Positions 8,768-17,183 of a stretch of DNA of 64,000 bases are shown piece after piece. The notes beneath the pieces were generated by a model. The model was not told where the DNA came from. It saw only the letters and a list, made by a program, of their open reading frames with translations, and made no database searches. The stretch covers positions 50,506-114,505 of the forward strand of contig CP129471.1 in NCBI GenBank assembly GCA_030583705.1. Reading direction: 5' to 3'. Origin of the DNA: Patescibacteria group bacterium (GTDB lineage Bacteria > Patescibacteriota > Patescibacteriia > Patescibacteriales > Patescibacteriaceae). Numbering within the stretch: position 1 is the first letter of the stretch; each line of letters starts with the position of its first letter. The position numbers and the translations under genes are program-made.

Positions 8768-10240
8768 ATGTTAAAGGCCATAGATTCTTTTGTTAACCAA
8801 ATAACCATGTATCGCCTGGTTTTGTATGGACTGGTTATTTTAGCTACCTTATCTGTTATTCTCGGTTTTCTTAATGTGTTGCCTTACTCCGGTTTTGAAC
8901 TTTTAACTTCTTTACTTATTCTTTCTTTAGTTTGTTTTCTTGCCACCAAGATCCTTTCTCGTTTTTATAATGTTGAATCTTCAGTCATTACGGCTTTAAT
9001 CCTCTTTTTTATTTTTGAACCATCCATTGAAAAAACCGGACTTTTAACTTTGGCAGCTATTGGTTTAACGGCTGTTTTAAGTCGTTATATTTTAGCTTGG
9101 CGCGGAAAACATATCTTTAATCCGGCAGCTTTAGCGGCGGTAATTTTTGGTTTAACTGGTAGCGGTTTGGCAGTTTGGTGGGTTGGTAGCGAATTTTTAT
9201 TATTGCCTTCTCTTATTTTGGGCTTTTTGGTAACTAAAAAGATTAGACGAGCTTCTTTGGTTTCATCTTTCATTATTACCGCTACGGTTGTTATGTTAGT
9301 CATTACTTACTTCTCCGGTTATTCTCTAGTTGAAGCTCTAAGGGTTATCTTGTTCTCTTGGCCTCTTATTTTCTTTGCGACCATTATGTTAACTGAACCT
9401 CTAACTACACCGCCTCGTAAAGAAACTCAGTTAGCCTACGGGGTAATTGTTGGTTCGCTTTTTTCCGCCCAGTTTCATTTTGGTCCGATTTATCCGACAC
9501 CGGAGTTAGCTTTGGTTATAGGTAATATTTTTTCTTTTATTGTAAGCAATAAGGGACGATTTAATTTAAGATTGCGTCAAATAGTTAACCTAACACCCTC
9601 CATTAAAGAGTTTGTTTTTAGCCCAGATAAGCCTTTGGTTTTTTTATCGGGGCAATACATGGAATTTACGGTTCAGCCCAAGGGAGCAGATAACCGCGGT
9701 AATCGTCGTTATTTTACCTTAGCCTCTTCCCCAACCGAACAAGAAGCCAGGCTAGGTATTCGCTATAATCAACCCAGTAGTTCTTTTAAGGAAAAATTAA
9801 AATCTCTTAAACCAGGAGACAGAGTAGTGGCTACCCAGGCAATGGGTGATTTTATTTTACCAAAAGATTTATCCACCCCAATGATCTGGCTGGCTGGTGG
9901 TATAGGGATTACTCCTTTTCGTAGTATGGCTAAGTTTGTTTGTGATAATAAACAAACTCTGGATTGCTACCTTTTTTATCTGGCAGCTCAGCAAGAAGAT
10001 TTTGTTTATAGGGAAATTTTTGAAGAAGCGGCTAGTTATGGTCTTAAAACTTTTTACCTTGAAAGTACTAAGGACAAGCCTTTTGATTTTTCTCATTTAA
10101 GCGATTATGTTAAAGATTATGAAAAAAGGTTATTCTATATTTCCGGGCCTAATGGTTTAGTAGAGAGTTTTTCATCAGCGATTATTAAGAATGGTGTGTC
10201 CGGCAAACAAGTTATTAAGGATTATTTCCCTGGTTTTTAA
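8768..10240 (+). CDS. fusion of RnfD/NqrB-like membrane domain and ferredoxin-NADP reductase-like FAD/NAD(P)H-binding domain
   Basis: N-terminal ~260 aa polytopic domain with 'GKHIFNPAAL' (RnfD NPFNPA motif) and 'IMLTEPLTTPP' (cf. RnfD ILTDPVTASTT flavinylation site). C-terminal domain with 'RRYFTLASSP' (RxYS FAD motif) and 'GGIGITPFRSM' (NAD(P) binding). Confidence 0.6.
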   Translation: MLKAIDSFVNQITMYRLVLYGLVILATLSVILGFLNVLPYSGFELLTSLLILSLVCFLATKILSRFYNVESSVITALILFFIFEPSIEKTGLLTLAAIGLTAVLSRYILAWRGKHIFNPAALAAVIFGLTGSGLAVWWVGSEFLLLPSLILGFLVTKKIRRASLVSSFIITATVVMLVITYFSGYSLVEALRVILFSWPLIFFATIMLTEPLTTPPRKETQLAYGVIVGSLFSAQFHFGPIYPTPELALVIGNIFSFIVSNKGRFNLRLRQIVNLTPSIKEFVFSPDKPLVFLSGQYMEFTVQPKGADNRGNRRYFTLASSPTEQEARLGIRYNQPSSSFKEKLKSLKPGDRVVATQAMGDFILPKDLSTPMIWLAGGIGITPFRSMAKFVCDNKQTLDCYLFYLAAQQEDFVYREIFEEAASYGLKTFYLESTKDKPFDFSHLSDYVKDYEKRLFYISGPNGLVESFSSAIIKNGVSGKQVIKDYFPGF

Positions 10241-10254
10241 TTACCTTAAATATT

Positions 10255-11463
10255 ATGTCTACTGCGGCTAAACAGATAAAAGACAACTGTCTTTATTGCG
10301 GTAATAATCCGGTATCTCATCACTGGACTTGGTTTAATGAAACAATGGCTGTAATCTTTAATCCCCTTATTGCCTTCTTAACGGATAATTTTTTAATGCA
10401 AAGATTTAATCGTCTTTTTGATCATATTTTTTCTTTAGTTGGGAAAATTTTAGAAAAAGCCGGCTTTCTTTCTTACGTAAAAGAAAGACCAAATAAATTA
10501 AGTCATAGAACAGAAGTTTTATGGGATGAAGCGGATAGTCGCGGCTGGCGTTTTGAGCGGTTAATTTTTTTTGGGAAAGACCTAGACTATTACCGAGTTT
10601 TTGTTAAAAACGATCATCCAATTCTTTTTTCCGGATTACCAAGACCGCATTATATGCCGGGACTAGGAGATTGGTGGATAGATGATAAATACCTTGTTAA
10701 GAAGGTATTATCAGCTAAAGGCCTACCAATACCAAAAGGTGGAGGGTTTAGTAACTATAATTCATTGTTAAGAGTTTTTAAGAAATTAGATAAGCCAGTA
10801 ATTATTAAACCAAGATTGGGATCAAGGGGTAGACATACTACGACTTTTATAAATTCTGAAGAAGAGTTGTTTAAGGCCTATAAAAGAGCTAAACAACTTT
10901 GTTATTGGGTAATTATGGAAGAACACCTAATAGGTGATGTCTATCGCGGTACTATGATAGGTAGTAAGTTAGTTGGAGTATTAAGTGGTAATCCACCAAG
11001 AATCACCGGAGATGGCCAAAGCACTATCCTACAACTAATTGATCTTAAAAACCAAAACAGACACGAGGGAGTTAGTGTTTTTGTTCCCTCAGATTATACT
11101 AAAGAGTTTTTAAAAAAAATCGGTTATAATCTTAATTCAGTTTTACCTATGGGTACAACCATTGACCTAACCGAAAAGATAGGTGTTTCATATGGAGGCT
11201 CAAGTGCTGAAGTAACACAACAAACGCATCCTAAGATTAAAGATATTCTAGAACAGGCGGCTAAAGCTATTGGTGACCCGATGATTGGCTTTGATTTTAT
11301 TATAAAAGACATTAGCGCTGACCCGGATAACCAAAAATGGGGAATTATTGAATGTAATGGATTGCCCTTTATAAACCTACATCATGACCCAATAGAAGGA
11401 CCACCCATTAACGCAGCCGCTGCAGTCTGGGATTTTGTAGAAAACAATCTTAATTATTATTAA
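10255..11463 (+). CDS. ATP-grasp family protein (RimK/cyanophycin-synthetase-N-terminal-like) with Cys/His-rich N-terminus
   Basis: 'DDKYLVKKVLSAKGLPIPKG', 'VIIKPRLGSRGRHTTTF', 'EEHLIGDVYRG', 'GIIECNGLPF' consistent with ATP-grasp fold; N-terminal 'CLYCGNNPVSHHW'. Confidence 0.5.
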   Translation: MSTAAKQIKDNCLYCGNNPVSHHWTWFNETMAVIFNPLIAFLTDNFLMQRFNRLFDHIFSLVGKILEKAGFLSYVKERPNKLSHRTEVLWDEADSRGWRFERLIFFGKDLDYYRVFVKNDHPILFSGLPRPHYMPGLGDWWIDDKYLVKKVLSAKGLPIPKGGGFSNYNSLLRVFKKLDKPVIIKPRLGSRGRHTTTFINSEEELFKAYKRAKQLCYWVIMEEHLIGDVYRGTMIGSKLVGVLSGNPPRITGDGQSTILQLIDLKNQNRHEGVSVFVPSDYTKEFLKKIGYNLNSVLPMGTTIDLTEKIGVSYGGSSAEVTQQTHPKIKDILEQAAKAIGDPMIGFDFIIKDISADPDNQKWGIIECNGLPFINLHHDPIEGPPINAAAAVWDFVENNLNYY

Positions 11464-11556
11464 TATAATTGCTTAAAACAACCCTAAATGGTATCATAAT
11501 AATATAGATAAATTGCCTTTTAAAAGAGTATTTTTAGCTTCAATTTTAGTCATACT

Positions 11557-12831
11557 GTGATGCTATATAAAAATAAAGAGAATCAAGAAAAAAAGAAAAC
11601 ACCTCAACCATTTGAGGTGTTTAATAGTGGGTTAAATATTGAGTTAAATAGTATGTTAAATAGAAACTTAAACACTAGATTATACAGCAGCAAAGCCTTT
11701 ACTACACAATATAATAAAACAGCAAAAGCCTTCACCCTCATTGAACTATTAGTAGTTATAGCCATCATAGGTATATTATCCACTCTAGTAATAGTAGCTC
11801 TAGGCAATTCACGAGCAGGTGCCAGAGACGCTAAAAGACTAAATGATCTAAAAGCCATGGCTAATGCTCTAGAGCTATATTATGCAGATAATAACTCATA
11901 CCCTGAAGCAGATAACTTTTCTCCTGGAGCTACTTTTGAAGCCGGTGGAGTAGTTTATATGGGCAAAGTACCCAATAACCCTACTCCTCATACAGACGGA
12001 GGTTGTCCAGATAATGATTATACTTATACTCAAATAGAATCAGGACAAAGTTACATTATCTCAACTTGTCTTGGTACTCCAGCAGATAATTCTCCTTATC
12101 CTTCCTCAACTGCTGTTTCATACTCTCCCTCAGGTATGTTTCAATGTGGACAGAACATGGAAGACTTAAGAGATAATAAAACTTATCAAACTGTCCAAAT
12201 TGGTAACCAATGTTGGATGAAAGAAAACTTAGCTTATCTACCATCAGTTAGTCCATCCACTGCGGGTGACGCTTCAATTCCTTATTACTATGTTTATAAT
12301 TATCAGGGTACAGATGTTCAGGCAGCTAAAGTCACCGCTAATTACACTACTCATGGGGCTCTCTATAACTGGCCAGCGGCTACCACCGCTTGTCCTATCG
12401 GCTGGAAACTTCCTACTGATGAAGAATTTAATGTCTTGGAACAATATACTGTAGCGACGATTGCTAGCACTGCCACCCAATATGCTTGTAATACTTCAGT
12501 TACTAGTTGGCCAAGATGTGCGGATAATCTTAATGGAGATCAGGGTGGAACTTTTGGGGTTGGTAAATCTCTAAAGAAAGCTGGACAAGGATCAGGTATT
12601 GGAGCTGGCGATGATTTAGTTGGTTTTTCCGCTATGTTATCTGGCTCTCGTGCCACCTCTTCTGGAGGTATTTTTGCTAATATGCCTGTTTACGGCCTTT
12701 TTTGGTCAGCCCCGCAGTCTACCTCGACTGAAGCTTGGAGTCGGCTTCTGCTCTCCACTTATTCGACAATCTATCGAGGTGCGCTTAATAAAGCTAGTGG
12801 TTATACAGTCCGTTGCCTCAAAGATTCTTAA
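11557..12831 (+). CDS. secreted prepilin-type N-terminal domain fused to FISUMP-like domain, paralog of 4336..5508 (likely start at M 11653)
   Basis: 'AKA|FTLIELLVVIAIIG', 'DGGCPDNDYTYT..STCLGTP', 'GNQCWMKENLAY', 'ALYNWPAA', 'CPIGWKLPTDEEF', 'YTVRCLKDS'. Confidence 0.7.
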   Translation: MMLYKNKENQEKKKTPQPFEVFNSGLNIELNSMLNRNLNTRLYSSKAFTTQYNKTAKAFTLIELLVVIAIIGILSTLVIVALGNSRAGARDAKRLNDLKAMANALELYYADNNSYPEADNFSPGATFEAGGVVYMGKVPNNPTPHTDGGCPDNDYTYTQIESGQSYIISTCLGTPADNSPYPSSTAVSYSPSGMFQCGQNMEDLRDNKTYQTVQIGNQCWMKENLAYLPSVSPSTAGDASIPYYYVYNYQGTDVQAAKVTANYTTHGALYNWPAATTACPIGWKLPTDEEFNVLEQYTVATIASTATQYACNTSVTSWPRCADNLNGDQGGTFGVGKSLKKAGQGSGIGAGDDLVGFSAMLSGSRATSSGGIFANMPVYGLFWSAPQSTSTEAWSRLLLSTYSTIYRGALNKASGYTVRCLKDS

Positions 12832-12945
12832 TTATAATTATTTATCATATCCATATTTACTTGGTACGGTAAAGGTGTTTTTATTTAATTGATATAATCT
12901 CTTTTAAATGCTATACTTTCTTTGTATTAATTTTATTTCTAAGTT

Positions 12946-15522
12946 ATGGCCAGACGTCGTAAGAAAAAAAGCAGTCCGCTAGATTATATAGCCTTTTCCG
13001 GGTTAACCTCTTTAAGTCCTGAAGCTAAAAAGAGCCTCTGGACAGTCTTGTTATTGGCTTTGGGTTTAATCTCTCTTTTAAGTCTTTTTGGTCTTGGGGG
13101 TGAGGTTGGTCTTTATTTTGTTAAAATAATGACTTGGTTATCTGGATGGGGTAAGTGGCTTATCCCTTTTCTTTTGTTTTTATCTGCCTGGTTTGTTTAC
13201 CAAAAAGATACCTACGAGATTACCGCCTTTAACTATCTTGGTATGTTTATTTTCCTTTGGTCTTTCCAAGGTTTATTGCATATCTTTATTGAAGTAGAAC
13301 AATGGTCTAGTTCTTTGGAAAGCGGTGTTGGTGGGGGAAGATTGGGTTGGTCTTTAGCTGCACTGGTTATTCATTTTTTTGATTTTTGGGTTGGTTTAAT
13401 CGCTATTATGACTTTGTTTGTTATAGGTTTAATTTTAATGTTCAATACCAATCTATCTACACTCTTTAAGAAAGGTGCTTGGCCGGCTAAAATACTTTTA
13501 GCGCCCTTCGGTCTTTTTAGAAGACGCTTAGATAATGACAAAGATGAAGAATCCGAAGATGATGAGGAAGAGATTGAAGATGAACAGCCAGAAATTGAAG
13601 AATTAGATGAGAAACAAAGCTTAGATGATTCTTTTAGTTTACGTAGTTTAAGAGATATTATTTCTCCCAGACAAGCGGCGATTGAAAAAGGTAAGGGCGA
13701 GAAAGTTAACGAAGGTCGTTGGAAGCCTTCGCATGTTTCCATAGACTTACCTTTAGATCTTTTAGATAGCCGAAACTCTAAACCAACAGCTGGAGATATA
13801 AAAAGCAACACTGAGATAATTAAAAGTACTTTAGAGAAGTTTGGTATTCCAGTGGAGATGGGAGATGTTAGTGTTGGTCCAACTGTTACCCAATATACTC
13901 TTAAGCCTGATGAAGGAATTAAATTATCAAGGATTACCGCCCTAAACAATGACCTTTCCATGTCCTTAGCCGCCCACCCCGTCCGTATTGAAGCCCCTAT
14001 TCCGGGTAAGTCTTTAGTTGGTATAGAGGTGCCCAATCGCACAGTGGCGACTGTCGGTTTAAGAGAAATTCTTGAAGCTAAAGAGTTTAAGACTCGTTCC
14101 AATAATTTAATGATGGCTCTTGGTAAAGACGTGTCCGGCGAGGTTTGGCTTGATAGTGTTTCTAAAATGCCTCATTTATTGGTAGCTGGTGCCACAGGTT
14201 CTGGTAAGTCGGTGATGTTAAATACTATTATAGTAACTCTCCTTTACCAAAATAACCCAGATGATTTAAGGTTTATCATGGTTGACCCTAAAAGAGTGGA
14301 ATTAACCGTCTATAACGGTCTACCTCATCTTTTAACTCCGGTTATTACTGAAGTTTCAAAAACCATTAACGCCTTAAAGTGGTGTCTTAATGAAATGGAC
14401 AGGCGTTTTGAAACTTTAGCAGCAGCTCATAAAAGAGATATTGCCGGTTATAATCAGAATGCCAAAGAGAAGATGCCCTACATTGTTTTTATTATAGACG
14501 AGTTAGCAGATCTAATGGTAGTAGCCGCTAAAGACATGGAAGCTGGCATCGTTCGTTTATCTCAGATGGCCAGAGCTGTGGGTATTCATTTGGTTTTAGC
14601 TACTCAAAGACCCAGCGTTAATGTTATTACTGGTACGATTAAAGCTAACATGTCGGCTCGTATCGCCTTTTCGGTAACTTCGGGTATTGATTCCAGAACT
14701 ATTCTAGACTCTTTAGGTGCAGAAAAACTTCTAGGTAGAGGAGATATGCTTTTTTCCAACACTTCATTAACTAAACCCAAACGTATCCAGGGTGCTTTAA
14801 TTAGTGATAAAGAAATTAAAAAGATAGTTGATTACATTAAAGAAAGATCTGGTGAACCTTCATATATTAGCGAAATTGTTGAAAGACAAAAAGTTAAAGG
14901 AATGGCCGGTGTTGGTATTGATGGTGGCTCTGACGATGACGATGAATTATTCCAAGAAGCCAAAGAGCTAATTATTAACTCAGGTAAAGCTTCAGCTTCA
15001 TATCTGCAAAGAAGGTTATCTATTGGTTATGCTCGCGCGGCTAGACTTTTGGACTTACTAGAAGAGTCCGGTATTATTGGGCCATCTAATGGTGCTAAAG
15101 CCAGAGAGATAATGGTTAGTAAGGAGGAGTATGAAGCCATAGTAGATCAAGGGGTAGCCGGTGCTAGACTCCATGACCAGGCAAGTTTTAAAGCGCCGGA
15201 TAACTACTTAGAAGATGATGAAGAATCTAATGAAGACGAGGAAGACGAAGAAGAGGATGAAGAAGAGGATAAAGAAGATGAAGAACAAGAAGAGGAAGAG
15301 AAAGAAATTAGTATTAAAAAAGCTGACGTAGAAATAAATGAAGATGACTCTCAATTTGAAGATGATCAAGAAGAAGAGGAAGTTGAAGAGGTTGAGGATG
15401 AACAGCCAGAAGAAGATGATTTAGAAGATCTAGAGCAAGAAGTAGATAATAACAAGACTAAAAACAAAGGAAAGGACTCATCTAATAATTCTCCTGATTT
15501 TAATAAATACTATTCCAGATAG
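12946..15522 (+). CDS. ftsK: DNA translocase FtsK with long acidic C-terminal tail
   Basis: N-terminal TM domain, Walker A 'GATGSGKS', 'FIIDELADLM', gamma domain 'ASASYLQRRLSIGYARAARLLDLLEESGII', then ~140 aa Asp/Glu-rich tail. Confidence 0.85.
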   Translation: MARRRKKKSSPLDYIAFSGLTSLSPEAKKSLWTVLLLALGLISLLSLFGLGGEVGLYFVKIMTWLSGWGKWLIPFLLFLSAWFVYQKDTYEITAFNYLGMFIFLWSFQGLLHIFIEVEQWSSSLESGVGGGRLGWSLAALVIHFFDFWVGLIAIMTLFVIGLILMFNTNLSTLFKKGAWPAKILLAPFGLFRRRLDNDKDEESEDDEEEIEDEQPEIEELDEKQSLDDSFSLRSLRDIISPRQAAIEKGKGEKVNEGRWKPSHVSIDLPLDLLDSRNSKPTAGDIKSNTEIIKSTLEKFGIPVEMGDVSVGPTVTQYTLKPDEGIKLSRITALNNDLSMSLAAHPVRIEAPIPGKSLVGIEVPNRTVATVGLREILEAKEFKTRSNNLMMALGKDVSGEVWLDSVSKMPHLLVAGATGSGKSVMLNTIIVTLLYQNNPDDLRFIMVDPKRVELTVYNGLPHLLTPVITEVSKTINALKWCLNEMDRRFETLAAAHKRDIAGYNQNAKEKMPYIVFIIDELADLMVVAAKDMEAGIVRLSQMARAVGIHLVLATQRPSVNVITGTIKANMSARIAFSVTSGIDSRTILDSLGAEKLLGRGDMLFSNTSLTKPKRIQGALISDKEIKKIVDYIKERSGEPSYISEIVERQKVKGMAGVGIDGGSDDDDELFQEAKELIINSGKASASYLQRRLSIGYARAARLLDLLEESGIIGPSNGAKAREIMVSKEEYEAIVDQGVAGARLHDQASFKAPDNYLEDDEESNEDEEDEEEDEEEDKEDEEQEEEEKEISIKKADVEINEDDSQFEDDQEEEEVEEVEDEQPEEDDLEDLEQEVDNNKTKNKGKDSSNNSPDFNKYYSR

Positions 15523-15616
15523 TTATTGTAGGATAGATAGTGAGATATTGTTAGTTATTAAGATATTGAATGATAAAGGATTAAGAAGATATTAAATTTT
15601 ATTTTCATATAAAAAA

Positions 15617-15658
15617 ACAATTCCCGAGTTGATCTCAAGAATTGTTTTTTTTGATTCC
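15617..15658. terminator. bidirectional hairpin terminator (aacaattc..gaattgtt + T8)
   Basis: 8-bp stem with 14-nt loop followed by T-run, between convergent ftsK and DUF378 genes. Confidence 0.4.
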
Positions 15659-15897
15659 TAATCTTTTTTACCCCAAGTAAACAGAGCGTAAAGGGCCGAC
15701 AAACCTACTAGGATGTAGATTACTCTAGCTACAGCTTCGGTTAGAAAGCTTGCAAGATCCCAGCCGGTAAAAAGTCCAACTAGAAGCCAGTTAAGACCTC
15801 CGATAATCAATAGGACTTGGGCTAGTCTATTTAAATTCATATGTGTGTTTATTACATTAGTAAAGTATCTGAAATGGCTTCGACCTTTATATCTCAA
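15658..15897 (-). CDS. DUF378-like small membrane protein
   Basis: 'IIGGLNWLLVGLF' matches DUF378 'IGALNWGLVG' signature; 2 TM. Confidence 0.55.
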   Translation of the reverse strand: MRYKGRSHFRYFTNVINTHMNLNRLAQVLLIIGGLNWLLVGLFTGWDLASFLTEAVARVIYILVGLSALYALFTWGKKD

Positions 15898-16225
15898 TTA
15901 TATCACTTTTTTAGACTTTTAGCTACTATCTAGAATAGCTGGAATATTTTATATATTAAGGATAAAATAACTTGGTAATGTATAAAAATTTGTAAAAAGT
16001 TATTATATAATTTGGCATTCTTTGATGCTTATAATAAAAAATAACCAATTTACTAAGTAAATCGGTTATTTTTAGGTATTTTTATTAGATTTGGAAGAGC
16101 TTTATCCTATGGATTATTTATAGATTATTTTAGAATAATCATACTTTAATTATATCATTTATTTACTATGTTGTCAATAGATAGTTGGTGTTTTTACTTA
16201 CCCACTGTTTATTCACAGTTTAGTC

Positions 16226-16253
16226 TTGACACTTTTTTTTATTACTGTATAAT
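16226..16253 (+). promoter_or_regulatory. consensus sigma70-type promoter (TTGACA-16 nt-TATAAT) upstream of 23S rRNA
   Basis: Exact TTGACA at 16226-16231 and TATAAT at 16248-16253, ~270 nt upstream of the 23S 5' end. Confidence 0.5.
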
Positions 16254-17146
16254 AACTCTCATATCTCTATGATGTATTTAAGCAACATATTAAATCCTAT
16301 AAGTGGCTAGCGCTTTCTTGTTTGTTTGCGTAGAGGCCGCTTAACAAGCGGTTTTTTTGTTCCCTTAAAAGTATTTTGTCCGCTCGCGGAATTGTTACTT
16401 CGGTAATAATTCCACGACCGTATAAAATACGGTTACCTTAAAAATTGAACACGCGAATAAAGTAACTGTAATTTTGTAAGTTAAGAGTCCAATTAATGAT
16501 GATCTGCATTTTTGAAAACAAAGATGTAGGAAAATCTCGTAAGGGTGTATGGTGGATGCCTTGACTCAAGAAGACGATGAAGGACGTAGCAGTCTGCGAT
16601 AAGCCTCGGTTAGGTGACAAGCAACCTTTGACCCGGGGATTTCCGAATGGGGAAACCTATCCTGTTGAAGACAGGATGTCCGCATGCTGAACACATAGGC
16701 ATGTGAGACGAGTACTCGGTGAACTGAAACATCTTAGTAGCCGAAGGAAAAGAAAACAAATTTAATCTTTTATCAAGATTGACGATTTTTCGTCTGTTTT
16801 GATAAGAGATTGCGATTCCCTGAGTAGTGGCGAGCGAAAGGGGAGCAGCCTAAACCGTTTAGACCATATATACTGGACTCACTTCGGTGAGAAAAGTATG
16901 TTGAAGGAATTAGGTCCATATGTTTTTACGGTGTTGTAAGAGTGCCATGATTGCTACCTAATGCGGCAAGACGGCGCTATTGAATTATTAGTCGAAGGAG
17001 CTGGAAAGCTCGGCCAAAGACGGTGATAGCCCGGTAGACGAAAATAAGACAGGCGTTGTGATGGCAAATCTTAAGTACTGCGGGACTCGTGAAATTCCGT
17101 GGGAAGCAGGGTCGACTATGACCCAAGGCTAAATACTTCTTGAGAT

Positions 17147-17183
<37 letters not shown>

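Noticed and set aside
11604-12480. Antisense and internal small ORFs (11604..11858, 12056..12244, 12266..12454, 12274..12480, 12620..12892) within or around pilin paralog 2
   Set aside because: Overlap a well-supported + strand CDS in other frames; no independent support
13371-14102. 243-aa antisense ORF inside ftsK
   Set aside because: Ser-rich low-complexity translation of the opposite strand of a well-supported gene; no start context; spurious
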